In this document: positions 37,446-50,576 of the stretch, piece after piece | Position numbering within the stretch: the first letter of the stretch is position 1 | Layout: each line of letters starts with the position of its first letter | Source: Ostrea edulis | Lineage: Eukaryota | Direction: 5' to 3' | NCBI RefSeq assembly: GCF_947568905.1 | Contig: NC_079173.1 | Coordinates: 36,332,001 to 36,396,000 of the forward strand | DNA length: 64,000 nucleotides | Translations under genes and position numbers: made by a program | Notes under the pieces: generated by a model | Seen by the model: the letters and a program-made list of their open reading frames with translations, nothing else | Databases searched by the model: none | What the model was told of the DNA's origin: nothing

Positions 37446-39023
37446 GTCTCACGCGAGAATTATTTCACTCATGTAAGGATTTCACCAGCCTTAGACAAGG
37501 GACCACACTGGTTTTAATGATACCATATTTAATCACTTTTCCATCCGTTGTATTGACGATATTGTGAATCACAAGTGGTTTGTGACGCAGTTCCTGTTGC
37601 CAAAATTATGACATCAATGTGGTTACACAAAATAGCAATTAATTTAAAAACCAAATTATAGATGCATGTGACTTTATAATGTTAAGAGATTACTTAGCTA
37701 AAGGCGGGGTAGGACTGGGCACAATGTTTGCTGGGTGCCAAAAGTAACCATTGTGGTTGACGGATCTAATTTGACATCGATCTCTTTGATAACGTACACT
37801 TGACTTAAACAGTCTTTGTTTACCCAGTATTTTTAAACCGGATCAATAAAACAGTATGATGGACACGTGCCACGACTTCATAAGATAAGATTCCCATATT
37901 AAATACCAGACACCCGTATAATCTGACAGCAGAAATGTACAGTTAGACGTTTAAAATCAAGACAGCTACTCTACTTTATTCTCGGAATAAATCGTTTGAC
38001 CAAATGCCCTACTCAAATGAGGTCAGTTGGTAAGTAAAGTGTGTAAAGTGTTTTAAATTTATGCTGATTCACTCCGTTTAGAAAGTATTAAATTGATATC
38101 GTGATGTGCGTTGTAGCTTTGTATTGTTAAACTTGTGATTTAATGTTCATGCATTAAAACAAAACGCACATTCTGATGACGTATTTCGTCGAGGAGCTAT
38201 AATCAAAGAACATCTCCAGCAGTCTTTGATCAATTTCAAAATTGATTTTAAATGTGTTTGCACGTAAATTATGAGCAAAGTTCTACACATGTATCACTTA
38301 TTATTAAATAATCATGTTCGATATACTTTTTATTGATAATTCAGATTTCTTTTAAGAGAAAGGTTTCACAATCACCAACCCCATAGCACACTCTACACAT
38401 TGAAATCTACATTGAAACATGCACAATCTGAGTTGCAATATATCTTAGTTTTCTCGCTTTGATTGACTCTTCTGTGAACGAGACACAGAAGAAACTTGCA
38501 CACACACAACATGGGCACCGGTCTCTGACGTTTATCATAACTACAGCGTATATTTAATGTGCAAACATGAAATAACAAGCTGCTGTATTATTTCTTAACA
38601 CAAATGCAGTAAGTTTTGAAGTATTGATGGATTAAATATCTCTTTGTCTTCATTCGAGTTAGGGAACGCGCCGAAGCAGTAATGATTATCGAACATTTTA
38701 TCAGATAACGTTGTTTAATCAATTCTTATTATGCTTCTTTCAAATTAAAGGTGTGTATATGTAACCGCAATTTTTCCACACATATATTTCTAATCAGTAA
38801 TCTCGTCATCTAAGTAGTCGGTAATATAACAATATAAACTGAACCCATTTAATCGTTCGGGAGAATACTCCGGGCTTGACAATTATCATTTGTTCTTCTT
38901 ATGCAGTTTTTTTTTTTATCTCTAAGCATGCATATTTGATCTCTCTTTTTAATGATTAAAAACAGACTAACCAATTTTAAAATAACAATTGATTCAATTC
39001 ATGAAATGTCGTTGTAGAATGAA

Positions 39024-41018
39024 ATGGATCCTCTTTCTACTACACTCACAGACGATTTTCTCACGTGCACAATATGCTATGAAATATACACAGAACCAAA
39101 GACACTGCCTTGTCTGCATTCCTTCTGCAAAGAATGTGTCCTCAATTTCATTCACATGAACTATTCAAAGGGACCGTATCATTGTCCCATATGCCGGGAA
39201 ACATTCGTATGGGGTCTGGAAGGTTTGAAGACGAATTTCTGTTTGCAAAATATGATTGAAATGATTACAAAAGCTTCTGCATCATCCAAAACACCGTGTT
39301 CATTTTGCAAGTTAATGAAGAAAGACTACGCAGCTGTGTCACAGTGCTTAACATGCTTGGATTATCTATGTGAGGAATGTACGACCTCACGACATACATT
39401 TACTCGCCAAACATTCAATCATAACGTTGTGCTGTTGAGTGATGTCAGGGAAGGCAGATATGACAACGAAATACGGCTTGTACAGAAGATTTACTGCTCC
39501 CGACACAGCACTGAAGTATTGCGTTACTACTGCGTTCAGTGTAACATAACCATTTGTCGCGATTGTGTTATCTGCGATCACAGAAACCATGAAATCAAAC
39601 CCATTCCCGACGCTAGAAAGGAAAGGGAGAGCAAAATATCAGAATTAACGAAGCTACTGATGAAAAGGGTGGAAGTTTTAGAACAAAATAATTCAGACAT
39701 TACTATGCGTATGGAAACATTGGCTCAAAGAGAATCTATAGTCCAAAGAGAGATTGGGAGGACTTGCAAAGAGGTCATTAGCAGCATTCGTGAAACACAA
39801 AATAGAATGGAAAAAGAGCTCGAAGCACGACTGGTGTCAGGAAGAGAACGCTTACAAAATGCGTTGGAGAAATCTTCAAAAGCATGCAAAGACATTAATG
39901 AATCGATCATGTTTTCAGACAAAATGCTAAAGAATAGCAACGATGTTGAAGTTTTGTCTTTTCTTGATGAAATGTTCGAAAGGCTTACAAAGCTGAACAA
40001 TGCAGATATCACACAAGAAATTGTGTGTCCTGCTGTAGAGATCCCTGATTTTCAGATGAAGTGGCATGAACCTCAGTATACATTCACATTGCGAAAAGAG
40101 TCAGATTCTACATATTGTGAACAGGAAGAAGGTGACAGAAAAGAAAATGCAATGATTGCTGATCATGAGACTCACAGACAAAAGAATTGTGCGACCAATC
40201 TTTCAAAATCCCTCTCACTGAGTATGCCAAGCCTTAATGTATCTACGTGTAAAAATCGGCATAAATATAATTTAAGACTTCTTGATAGTTTTGAATTGAA
40301 TGAAAGCGACGATAAATTCCAACCTGTCTATTCGAGTGTTGCCTGGATAGACGAAGGAAATATAGCAGTTGTTGACAAGGAAAATGACAAGATCAAGCGA
40401 CTCAATTTATGTACAGGGACTATCAATTCGAAGACCATCAATAAGGCATTGTCAATAGCTGTATACGAAAAGGGCATAGTTTGCAGATCTGCTGATTTTT
40501 GTATGAGAGCATTTAACAAGACATTTGAGGAGATAAAAAGAGAGACTGGGGTGTATACCTTAGTTGTATCTTCACCACAGAACCCGTATTTAATGTGGAT
40601 AACAAAAAAGAAAATATTTATCGAGAAAGACGGCGCTTTATTCAGAATTTGTGTCAGAAGTGAGAATATAAAAACTGCATTACCATCTGTGCCAATATTT
40701 GGATGCTATCTTCCAGATGACACATATGTTGTGTCTGACAGTGGCAATCGGTGCGTTTATGTCATTAACAATCGTGGGGAAATTATTAAGAAAATAAACC
40801 ATTTCCCAGGATCCATTGCATACGATAGAAGTCAGAATATTTTTATCACAGATTTTGAAGGTGGAAGCATTTCAATTTTCGATCAAAGGAAGTCGTATTT
40901 GACGCATTTGAAAATTGGAAAATGGGATTATTCACCACGGAGCATTTCAATATTAGAAAATCGACTTTTGATCACGACCAAACACAAAATTCTCTTGTAC
41001 GATTTAAGTTCTATGTGA
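39024..41018 (+). CDS. TRIM protein (RING, B-box1, B-box2, coiled coil, NHL-like beta-propeller), 664 aa, single coding exon
   Basis: C3HC4 RING CTIC..CLHSFCKEC..CPIC; B-box1 CSFC..CLTC..LCEEC..H..H; B-box2 CSRH..YYCVQC..ICRDC..DHRNH; helical region; C-terminal repeats such as IAVVDKENDKI, YVVSDSGNRCVYV and IAYD..NIFITD. Confidence 0.93.
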   Translation: MDPLSTTLTDDFLTCTICYEIYTEPKTLPCLHSFCKECVLNFIHMNYSKGPYHCPICRETFVWGLEGLKTNFCLQNMIEMITKASASSKTPCSFCKLMKKDYAAVSQCLTCLDYLCEECTTSRHTFTRQTFNHNVVLLSDVREGRYDNEIRLVQKIYCSRHSTEVLRYYCVQCNITICRDCVICDHRNHEIKPIPDARKERESKISELTKLLMKRVEVLEQNNSDITMRMETLAQRESIVQREIGRTCKEVISSIRETQNRMEKELEARLVSGRERLQNALEKSSKACKDINESIMFSDKMLKNSNDVEVLSFLDEMFERLTKLNNADITQEIVCPAVEIPDFQMKWHEPQYTFTLRKESDSTYCEQEEGDRKENAMIADHETHRQKNCATNLSKSLSLSMPSLNVSTCKNRHKYNLRLLDSFELNESDDKFQPVYSSVAWIDEGNIAVVDKENDKIKRLNLCTGTINSKTINKALSIAVYEKGIVCRSADFCMRAFNKTFEEIKRETGVYTLVVSSPQNPYLMWITKKKIFIEKDGALFRICVRSENIKTALPSVPIFGCYLPDDTYVVSDSGNRCVYVINNRGEIIKKINHFPGSIAYDRSQNIFITDFEGGSISIFDQRKSYLTHLKIGKWDYSPRSISILENRLLITTKHKILLYDLSSM

Positions 41019-41926
41019 AGAAATAAGTCATTGAATTCATTTTACTACAGGAAGAAATAAAGGAGAAAGGAAAACGTTATGCAACTTTGGATATTCCAGA
41101 TTAGTGTGTTTACTGATCATCCATATATTTTCTTTAGAGTGTTTGATGGAGTTTTTATTTATTGCAAGCAATGCACGAAATGCAACACTTTCTCACAATC
41201 GAAAAAATACACGAAATGTTTATACTTTAAAATTTTAAAACGGAGGATTTTAAGCATTTATTTGCTGAGCGTTTTTATGTAATGAAATGCAGATGTGTTG
41301 GATGTCACTAACACCCATGAGTAACATCTATTACAGTCAACTCAAATAAAATGAAAAAATACATAAAATGGAAAGTGATCAATATTACGGATACCAAAAA
41401 AAAAAAAAAAAACCCCGAGAAAATTGACAGTAGAGCTTAAGCTGCAACCCTGGAAGCACCAGGTGTGTGATCAGGTGACAAGTAGGAGTAAGTTTTCCAT
41501 GTTGACCTTTCACACGTTCAGTGAACCCTAAATATTGATCGGACAAACGGAGTAATCAGTAGTCAAAATCAGTATGTAAGGAATGGTTTTACAATTGGTA
41601 TGAAACACTCATTCAATTTCATCACATTTTACAAATCAGATCACAAAATGGATAACGACAATACAATTTGCAAAATGCTGACTTTAAGCAAAACTGCTTT
41701 CATTCAAACCCCTGTAACTATCAACTTATTTGGCAGTAGTCCTGCTTCCATTCAAAGTGAGATCAATTCTCGCTAAGCGAATCAGTTGAGAAAATAAACT
41801 AACAGCTAAACTTTACGACAAACGGGATGATTTCAGCTTCTCCAACTTCTTTTCCCATAGTTATGTAGCAATATTCCATTATCACCTACATATGATGTTT
41901 ATATCTCTCAACTAATTCGAAAGAAT

Positions 41927-42155
41927 GGGGCCTCCGTGGCCGAATGGTTAGAGCATCGCGCTCAAAATCACACTGCCTCTCTCACCTCTGTCGGCGCGGG
42001 TTCGAATCCCACTCGGGCCGGTAAGTGAGAAAGTTTCCCAGTTTACTTTCGGAAGGTCGGTTGTTTCTTCCCAGGTACATTGTATCTGGGTTCTCTCCTC
42101 CACCAATAAAAATTGGGCACCACCAGACAACTGAAAAATTGTTGAGTGTGGCGGA
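41927..42155 (+). mobile_element. tRNA-derived V-like SINE, copy 3, inserted next to a Naiad fragment
   Basis: A box TGGCCGAATGG, B box GGTTCGAATCC. It abuts the Naiad RT fragment 41800-41920; further Naiad pieces lie at 41370-41700 and 42700-43040. Confidence 0.8.
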
Positions 42156-43559
42156 CATCAATTTTTAAATCGGGGCAGGCTACGAAGAATAAATACGCCG
42201 GTTTTGAGATATACATGTATTCGAGTTATTTCCCTTTGGAGAACTCTTGTAAATAGTAAGGCGAGAAACAGCTTGTTTACATGCGGGAGTGTGACAATTA
42301 TTCATCACTGCGGCATAAGTGAATGTGCTCAGTAAGTGTCTCATACGTAGTTTCAGCACCCGAATTCGATTGATACATAAACTAAGTAAATGATAAGCAT
42401 TCAGGAAGTAATTAAATACATGGACTTATATCACGTGATTTCGTTGCTCGTACGTATCTTATCTAGGGTATTACTTGCAAATGTGACATTGATCTTACGA
42501 TTCCATTTTAGTAAAACATTTCTTTTAATAGTATTTTGTATTTCCTACATTTACATATTTAAAGAGAAGTCGCTATTGAATACATTTTAATGTCTTCTTC
42601 ACTGACTGAAGGTCCATTCTGTCCCACTTAAGCATTCAAATTCCCACTAAATGCATTTCCTACATAGGCAATCTCTCATCTCAAAACTGACATATTGGTG
42701 TTAGAGGGAGTTCAACAATCTCGCTCAAAGACAGCATTTCGCGAAGTATATGATTTTTATAACGATCTAGTTTGTGAATACAACCTATTATTGGGTCAAA
42801 TGCTGTCTGCCGTGTTACATACCAATTTAGGCCGTTTTAGCGCACTGGTTTTGACTACGAATTACTATGTTTACCCGATCAAGATAAAGGCTCAAGGCCG
42901 GTGTGACCGTTTGATAGGGGATACTTACTTCTATTAGACACCTGATCATACCTCTTGTACATCCAGGGCTCCGTGTGTGGCAAAGTTTCTATTTTGTATT
43001 CCTTGTACATGTAGGAGTTATAAGATTGATCACTAAGATTGATAAATAGTAATAGGAAGAACATGATTAGCATATAGTATTGTCGTCTGCGTTGTAAATA
43101 AGAGATAAACAAGTAAAAGTTTGATCATGATGAAAAACGAAAATAACGGATACAAAATTGTTGGGTTGACAAAGAGGTTGAAAAGGTGAAGGCAAACACG
43201 CTATTTGGATGGGTGAAAAGCTGGGACGTTCCGGAAAAGGAATGACAGGTGATAGCTGACAGACTTAAGTCGTAAGCAAATATGCATACTTTATGTACAG
43301 TATAATTATAAGATACATGTAATTTTGGTCCCAAAGGCTTGAAACAGTCCCAGAATTGAGCCAATATTCTGTTATATGAAAAATGCGGTCATGGATATCG
43401 AATAGGCCAAATTATCGATAGGAGCAAAATACGGAGTCGTGCTAATGATTCCTATGAGCAAAACTAAATTTATTTCATTTTCCTCCCATAAGGTTTTTTT
43501 TTCATTGGCCAGGCTGAAGCTACCTGCTATTAATCAGCATCCGATAATCCCGTAGACGT

Positions 43560-43812
43560 TGATAGCCATTAACGGAAACCATTATAGGACCGAGATTAAC
43601 GGAAACCATTATAGGACTGATATTAACGGAAACCATTATAGGACTGATATTAACGGAAACCATTATAGACTGAGGTTAGCGGAAACCATTATAGGACTGA
43701 GATTAATGGAAATCATTATAGGACTGAGATTAACAGAAATCGTTATAGGACTGATGTTAATGGAAACCATTATAGGACTGAGGAGATTAACGGAAACCAT
43801 TATACGACTGAG
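43560..43812. repeat. 27-bp minisatellite
   Basis: About 9 units of ATTAACGGAAACCATTATAGGACTGAG; this explains the repetitive ORFs 43559-43912 and 43663-43884. Confidence 0.9.
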
Positions 43813-46800
43813 AAAAGATATCCAATCTAATACATATACACATATATCTATTCTAAAGGGAAATGTTGTATTAGAAAATGCCATTTATTTCATGTATGAG
43901 CAACATAGCTGACAGTGTTTGTACATGTATGTAGGGTCAATATTTGCGTCTCTATCCCAAAAGTTATAAATATCAGATAGTTATATTTTGTCTGCAAAAT
44001 AAGAAGAAATCTCAATATATTGGGCAGCGCTATGATTGAAAAAAGTGTACTGAATTCCAGCGTTATTTGTCATCCTGAAAACCATTCACTTTAAAGCATA
44101 GTCCATTCCAAATAGTGTATATAGTGTAATATACATGTAATGTAACGGTCAATTTAACCTGTTCCGGTAGGGATCTTCAACATGCATGTTTCCGAGCCCG
44201 AGGTGTATTCGCTAGCTACATGTAATAAGAATGGGAAAGGCGGATCTCCAAAACAAGAGATTTTTTATAGTGGCGGTAAACACGGACGTTTAGAAAATCC
44301 GTAGAGTTTGGAAAATAGAATTATGCTAAAACTGTCATATTCGAGAACAGAAAGTAGCACAAGGCACTGATTTTACTTGTATATGTTGTAAACCCATGAA
44401 ACACACTATAACCAGTGTGCAGCACGTGCATTTACAAAACATAACATTTCGAATGGCTTACTTCGCCAATACAATATCGTTTTAGAATAAAAGCACACTC
44501 CAGCGACATACAACTGTTAGACTGTTCAGGAATTAACCGGAACCAACAACCGCGCTGCCCATCGGATTTGTCGCAGTTTGTAAGTTTTTCAAGGGGGAAA
44601 ATTCCGGCAGAAATTCGGAAAATGCAATATTTCGTATTTTCGAAAACGCGATGCCGACTTGAATTTCAGCATTTTGCATCCAAACAGCCAATCTCTACCC
44701 ATAGTTATCGTTCCTTACTGTATGCCAAAGTCTCAAAAATGAGAGTATTTCACGTGTAAATTCCCCTTTTTACGGTTGATAAAATGAAACTAAGAACTAG
44801 TTCATGAAATATATCAGGAAATTGTGGGGAAAAGAAACTTATTGTAGTTTTTCCGATTACAATGGTTAACGACAATGCACGTATATAGCATAAACAATAT
44901 ATGTGTTTCGACACGGATCAATGCTTTCTATGTCACAGAAATGATTGACATTTGCTGATTATTGATTTCCTTACGTATATGGGCATAATCATGTTATTTG
45001 ATTCACACATTTTTAATATACTGTTTATTCCGTAATTTAAGAGAAATGTTTGAAAATTTGCATAATCCTATAGTAATTCAACGGAATAAACCAAATTTAA
45101 AGAGCAAATAACTCTTACACTTTCTCGCGAATCAAATAACATGATAATGCCCGTATATGTTTGTAATATTTCGTGAGCTTTGGTCTGTGGGTTCACACCC
45201 TACCCGTAGACGTGTCCTCCGCGTCAAAAGTAGGTAATGATTCCTTCATCGTCAAACGCTCGACAATTATATGTGGCGGTAGTGGGTCTTCAAAACATCA
45301 AGGATTTGTGTCAGCGATTCCTTGGTACATACATGTATGATATATAGTGTGAGATCGAGACTGTGTTACGACATTTCATGTTTTAGATCTCGTTCTGTGG
45401 GTCTTCATCAGGTGATATCGGTTAAATAAGTCCTCGACTTTAAACCAAAGACACAAAACATTATTGACTTGAAAAGTGATATATTTGGTGTTTTGATAGG
45501 AATTTTAATACTGTAACAATGTTCCTATGAAAAACATTGATATCTTTCAGTCATTAATGTTTTGTAAGAAATGGTGATGTTATACAGTGTTAAAAAGTCG
45601 TGTGGGATTTATGAGATTGATCGATGTCCGTTATCTTCATTTTAAAGATTTTCTAGAACTAAACATGACGTCTCCCAAACATATTCTCTAAATAATGTTT
45701 CAAATAACACGGAAACAATTAAATGCACATTGTTAAAATGCATGAACCTTAATTTTTGTATCATTTATGTTATGAAAATTCTAGAAAACGATTTTTGACT
45801 CAGTGTAAAACAACTGAAAGAATTACATGTATAACGGTTGTTGTTTGGTAATGAAATTCTCATTGTCATTGATGGATAAAATTCACAATTCTCTAACAGA
45901 AAAAGCAACTAATTCGCATAGGATATATGAAAATTGTTATAAATGCAAATATCCTGCACAGTTTATCTTATTAAAACCACCTAGAACATTTTGGCAACCA
46001 TGTATTCTTAGGTATGGCTTGGGGACATATTTAATACATTTCGTCATGTATGTTCTAATTTCCACGAAGTCATAAAACTTTTCGCAATGTATTCACAAGA
46101 TTTAAAACCTCAATAAATATATATGCACATGCCATTACGTTCAATTACTAAGTCATTAAAATTCCTAATTTTATTTCTGAAGACGAACTTACTGCTTCAA
46201 CTTTCAAGTAGTTAATGTACACAAAATACATTAATACTGAGATATGTTAAAAGATAACAATATGTTAACCCCATCACGTTTTCTTACATTTGCTATCTAG
46301 GATTTCAATAACTTAATAATGTGTGGTGTATGATTCCGTGTCAATATCTGCTTTTTCATCGATGCACTGGAATTTGTAATAATGATTTATTTACGAGGAG
46401 TCAGTGCAGTGGTCACCCTAAATGATTATGTTTAATAGGCACCTCTTAAACACATCAAATATCCCAGTCAATGGGACAAATGAATATGAGTTGTCGTACC
46501 TATTCTGGATTCCAAATCTCCAGAAAACATCTTACAAATAGAGACAATGCTGGATGAATAAAATGCTCCACCCATCCCCTATCTTTCCATTGCTCCTCAC
46601 ACAAATTTTAACTGCTGTCAAGAAGAAACTTGAAACGTGTTGTGCCAGAACATATGCGAGAGGTGATGTAAATCAAATGTGGCTTCTGGAAAATTCTCAA
46701 TAACTTTTGGTAAATTTGAAATCACAAAACGTTTCTCAAATCAACGTCATAAAAACGTATGGCGGTGGCGATTCACGTGGCTTTGGCATGACCGGGAAAA

Positions 46801-47009
46801 TGACGACGAAAGTCAACGCAAGGGAAAATTCAAATTAATAACAAACACCTTTATCAATAACGAATTGTCACATAATTTATATCAACATTTGCAGGATGTT
46901 CTCAGGACCAAAGGTATACTAAACTGGTAGTTCTACGTGCGATAGAAGCAGAAAACATTAACAAAGTTTCTTGTTTTCAGTCAGAAACTTTCCGACTGCC
47001 AAAATCTGT

Positions 47010-48330
47010 ATCAATGAAAATAAACAAGTGATCGACCTCATAATTCCAACAAAGTATACAGAATTAAGTAGGACATACACAGACATCTGAACACACCAGA
47101 GGTAGAATCAGGTGACTAGAAGGGAATATTCATCCCCTGTTGACCTGTCACACCTGCTGTGAGCCCTCTATTCTGATCAATTAAACGGAGTAATCTGTAG
47201 TCGAAATTAGTATGTAATGAACCGCCTAACAATTGGGATGAAACACGTCAGATAGCATTTCATATAATAGCAGGGTGTAATTGTAAATTGTATCATTAGA
47301 ATGACCATAGAATTGGCAAAATACTGACTTTAAACAAGATAAGCGTTTTGTAAGTAGACTACTTCGATTTAAAACCTAATCATACAGAGAACATGCTGAA
47401 AGACAAATTCTTGAAATCCACATTTGATTTATACGACTTTCTTGCATATGTTGTGGCACAATACGTTTGAGGTTTCTCTGAACTATGTCTGCTGTCCACG
47501 GGCACGAATTGGGCTCCTTTGTTAGCTGACATGTTTATATATTCCTATGAAGCAGAATCTATTCAAAAACTTCTACGTGAGAAGAAAAAAGCACTTGCTA
47601 TGACCTTCAATTTGACATTTCGATATATCGACGATGTATTATCTATTAACAATAATAATTTCCATTTATATGTCTATTCAATATATCCTAGTGAACTCGA
47701 AATAAACGACACCACAGAGTCGTCCACTTCTGCTTCATAGTTAGAAATTTTATTGAAATTTGATATTAACGGCAAACTAACAACTCAACTTTATGACAAA
47801 CGGCATGATTTCAACTTCTCCATCGTCAACTTTCCACATTAATGTCAATTTTCAATAAGATATCTAAGTATACAGCAGGTATGAAGGATTCTTGCGTTTT
47901 TCTTTATTCAGAATTCACGGGGATATATCAAATCGACATAATGAAAACTTAGTCGATATATCTAAATATCTAGTTAAAGGAGGCCACAGCAAGATATATT
48001 TGCTTCTCATGTGGAAGATTTTGAATAAACTCTGCTTCATAACAATGCAAAAACAAGTCAACTAATAGAGGAGTACAATCCATGCCCATGGGAATTCCAA
48101 CAGACTGTTGGAAGACCTGATCACCAAAGACTATGGAGATATTGTCAATGAGGAGCTCCAGTATATTTTATTTTCAAGTTCAAAGTAATTGTGCGTGGAA
48201 TCAGAATGGTGTTTAACAAAGTTATTTTTGATTGACTGATCACTAACTACAATGTATGAATATTTCTTGTTCCAATTTTCTTGAAGAAGTAACTGTCTAT
48301 GATGTCAAAAGTCTAGTTTAAGGAGCTGAC
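47010..48330. mobile_element. Cluster of Naiad PLE fragments in alternating orientation
   Basis: 47010-47340 is a 3' end (antisense), 47495-47820 is RT sense (APLLADMFIYSYE..FRYIDD), and 47825-48330 is a more diverged antisense RT. Confidence 0.8.
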
Positions 48331-48475
48331 GGCATGATTCGGAATGTAATAACATTTTGTGAAATGTAGAATATTGTGCATCTATAATTATATGTTGAAC
48401 ATCCATTTGTAAATTCACAATTTAGTATGTTTTAGTTAAATATTTAAATATTTGATTCAGATACCCGAGTAATGC

Positions 48476-50100
48476 AAGGTGAAGATAACGAACAGTGATC
48501 AATCTCATAACTCCTACAAGCAATACAAAATAGATAGTTGGGCAAACACGGACCCCTGGACACACCAGAGGTGGGATCAGGTGCCTAGGAGGAGTAAGCA
48601 TCCCCTGTTGACCGGTCAAACCCGCCGTGAGCTCTATATCCTGATCAGATAAACGGAGTTATCCGCAGTCAAAATCAGTGTGCCAAGAAGGGCTTAGCAA
48701 TCGGTATGAAACACGTCAGACAGCATTTGACCCAATGCGAGGTTGTATTGACGAACTAGATCGTTATAACGACCATAGAATTTGCGAAATGCTGACTTCA
48801 ATCGAGACTGTTGAAATCCCTGTACCATCAATTTGTTTGTCAGTAGCTTACCTCGATTTCAAAACTGACTATACCCAGAACAAGCTCTTGCATATCGAAT
48901 CAGTTGAGATATATAAACACCATATGCAGTTGATAATGGAATATTGCTACATAAATGTGGGAAGTTGACGATGGAGAAGCTGAAATCATCCCGTTTGTCA
49001 TACAGTTGAGTTGTCAGTTTGCCGTTAATGTCTACTTTCAATAAAATATCTAAGTATGAAGCAGAAGTGGACGACTCTGTGGTGTCCTTTATTTCGAGGT
49101 CACAGGGATATATCAAATCGACATATGAATGAAAGCTATCATTGTTAATAGACAAAACGTCATCGATATATCTAAATGTCGAATTGAAGGTCACAGCGAG
49201 AGATTTTTTCTTCTCACGTAGAAGTTTTTGAATAAATTCTGCTTCATATGAATATAAAAACAGGTCAGCTAACAAAGGAGCACAATTCGTGCCCATGGGA
49301 ATTCCAACAGACTGTTGGAAGACCTGATCACCAAAGACCACGAAGATATTGTCAATGAGGAACTCTAGCATATTTTGTATTTCAACTTCAGAGTACTTGT
49401 GCGTGGAATCAGAGTGGTGTTTAACAAAGTAAGTTTTTGAATGACTGATCACTAGATATGAATATTTCCGTTTTCCGTTTTTGTTGAAGAAGCAACTGTC
49501 TATGATGTCAAAAAGTCTAGTCTTTAATTTATCGTGAGGAATGGTCGTGTATAGTGTTGAAAAGTCATAGGTTTTAATGCTATTGATTTGGGGAAAATTC
49601 TGTGATTTCAAGTTTACTAAAAGTTCTTTAGAATTTTTTAGAATCCACATTTGATTAACACCACTTCTGGTATATGTAGTCGCACAGTAAGTTTGAAGTT
49701 TCTCCTTCACAGTTGTTAACATTTTCCTGAGGAGCAAAGATAGGGCTTGGATAGCACTTACTGGATCCAGCAATGTATCTTTGTTTGAAAGGGTTTTTAT
49801 GTAGTTTAGGAATCCAGTATAGGTACGGTAACTCATATTCATTCGACCCATTGACTGGAATATTAAATGTGTCTAAAACTGAAGCATGGTTTTGAAGAAT
49901 TTCGTCTTTTGAAAGGGCAGTTGGAGTATAAGTATGATTACCAAAAGTGGAATTAATGCCAAGTTCGTTTAAAATACAGTTGTAATAATGAGCCTTACAA
50001 ACAAAGACAATGTTGTTACTAGCTTTGTCAGCTGGAACCAAAACATATTCCTCATGTAACCTATCTAATTCTTTTATCACTTCTGGTTTACTAAACACAG
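48476..50100 (-). mobile_element. Penelope-like retroelement, Naiad-type (C-terminal RT), 5'-truncated and disrupted
   Basis: PLE RT motifs VPADKA, YWIPKLHK, YDFSTLYT, GIPMGTNCAPLLADL, FRYIDD, LYDKRDDF and YISQLIRY. About 80 aa lie between motifs A and B'. The reading frame ends at about 48694 with no downstream GIY-YIG. One frameshift near 49700 and a premature TGA at 48859. Confidence 0.88.
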
Positions 50101-50522
50101 AAGGATAGATGGTACGTAATATGATATTAATTCGACTTAAATGAAACCACTACATTTCCTTTTATACCTATTCTAGTAAACAAAATCTCATAAACACTGA
50201 ACCAAAACTAACTGTTAACGGAAATGATGTTTTGCAATTAGATAACATCTACACAGTAAAGTCATTATATGACTGCAATATTGAAATCTAAATGATAAAG
50301 AGGTAGATTCAAACGTGTCATAAATGGCCTATACAGTTCTTGAAAAAATAAGTTATCGCTTCCTTTGAATTTATATACCTTTTTCTAATCTACATTACTT
50401 GATGATAACATGTATGGGTCATTTTGGTCAAATGGGATGATTACCTAGCATTGCTAACTGCCAAAACCCATAACAAAATTTTCCGGATGAAGATATGTTC
50501 TCAAATATAAACAAAAGGAATT

Positions 50523-50576
50523 GCATCACCGTTATGTCGCTAGAATCACGCATCACCGTTATGTCGCTAGAATCAT
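50523..50576. repeat. 27-bp tandem duplication
   Basis: GCATCACCGTTATGTCGCTAGAATCA(C/T) occurs twice. Confidence 0.85.

Noticed and set aside
43559-43912. Repeat-protein ORF (INGNHYRTE)n
   Set aside because: It is a translation of the 27-bp minisatellite, is open on both strands, and has no gene context.
48859-48861. Selenocysteine codon in the Naiad RT
   Set aside because: The position corresponds to a Leu-like codon in another copy and lies in a copy that also has a frameshift; a nonsense mutation is simpler.
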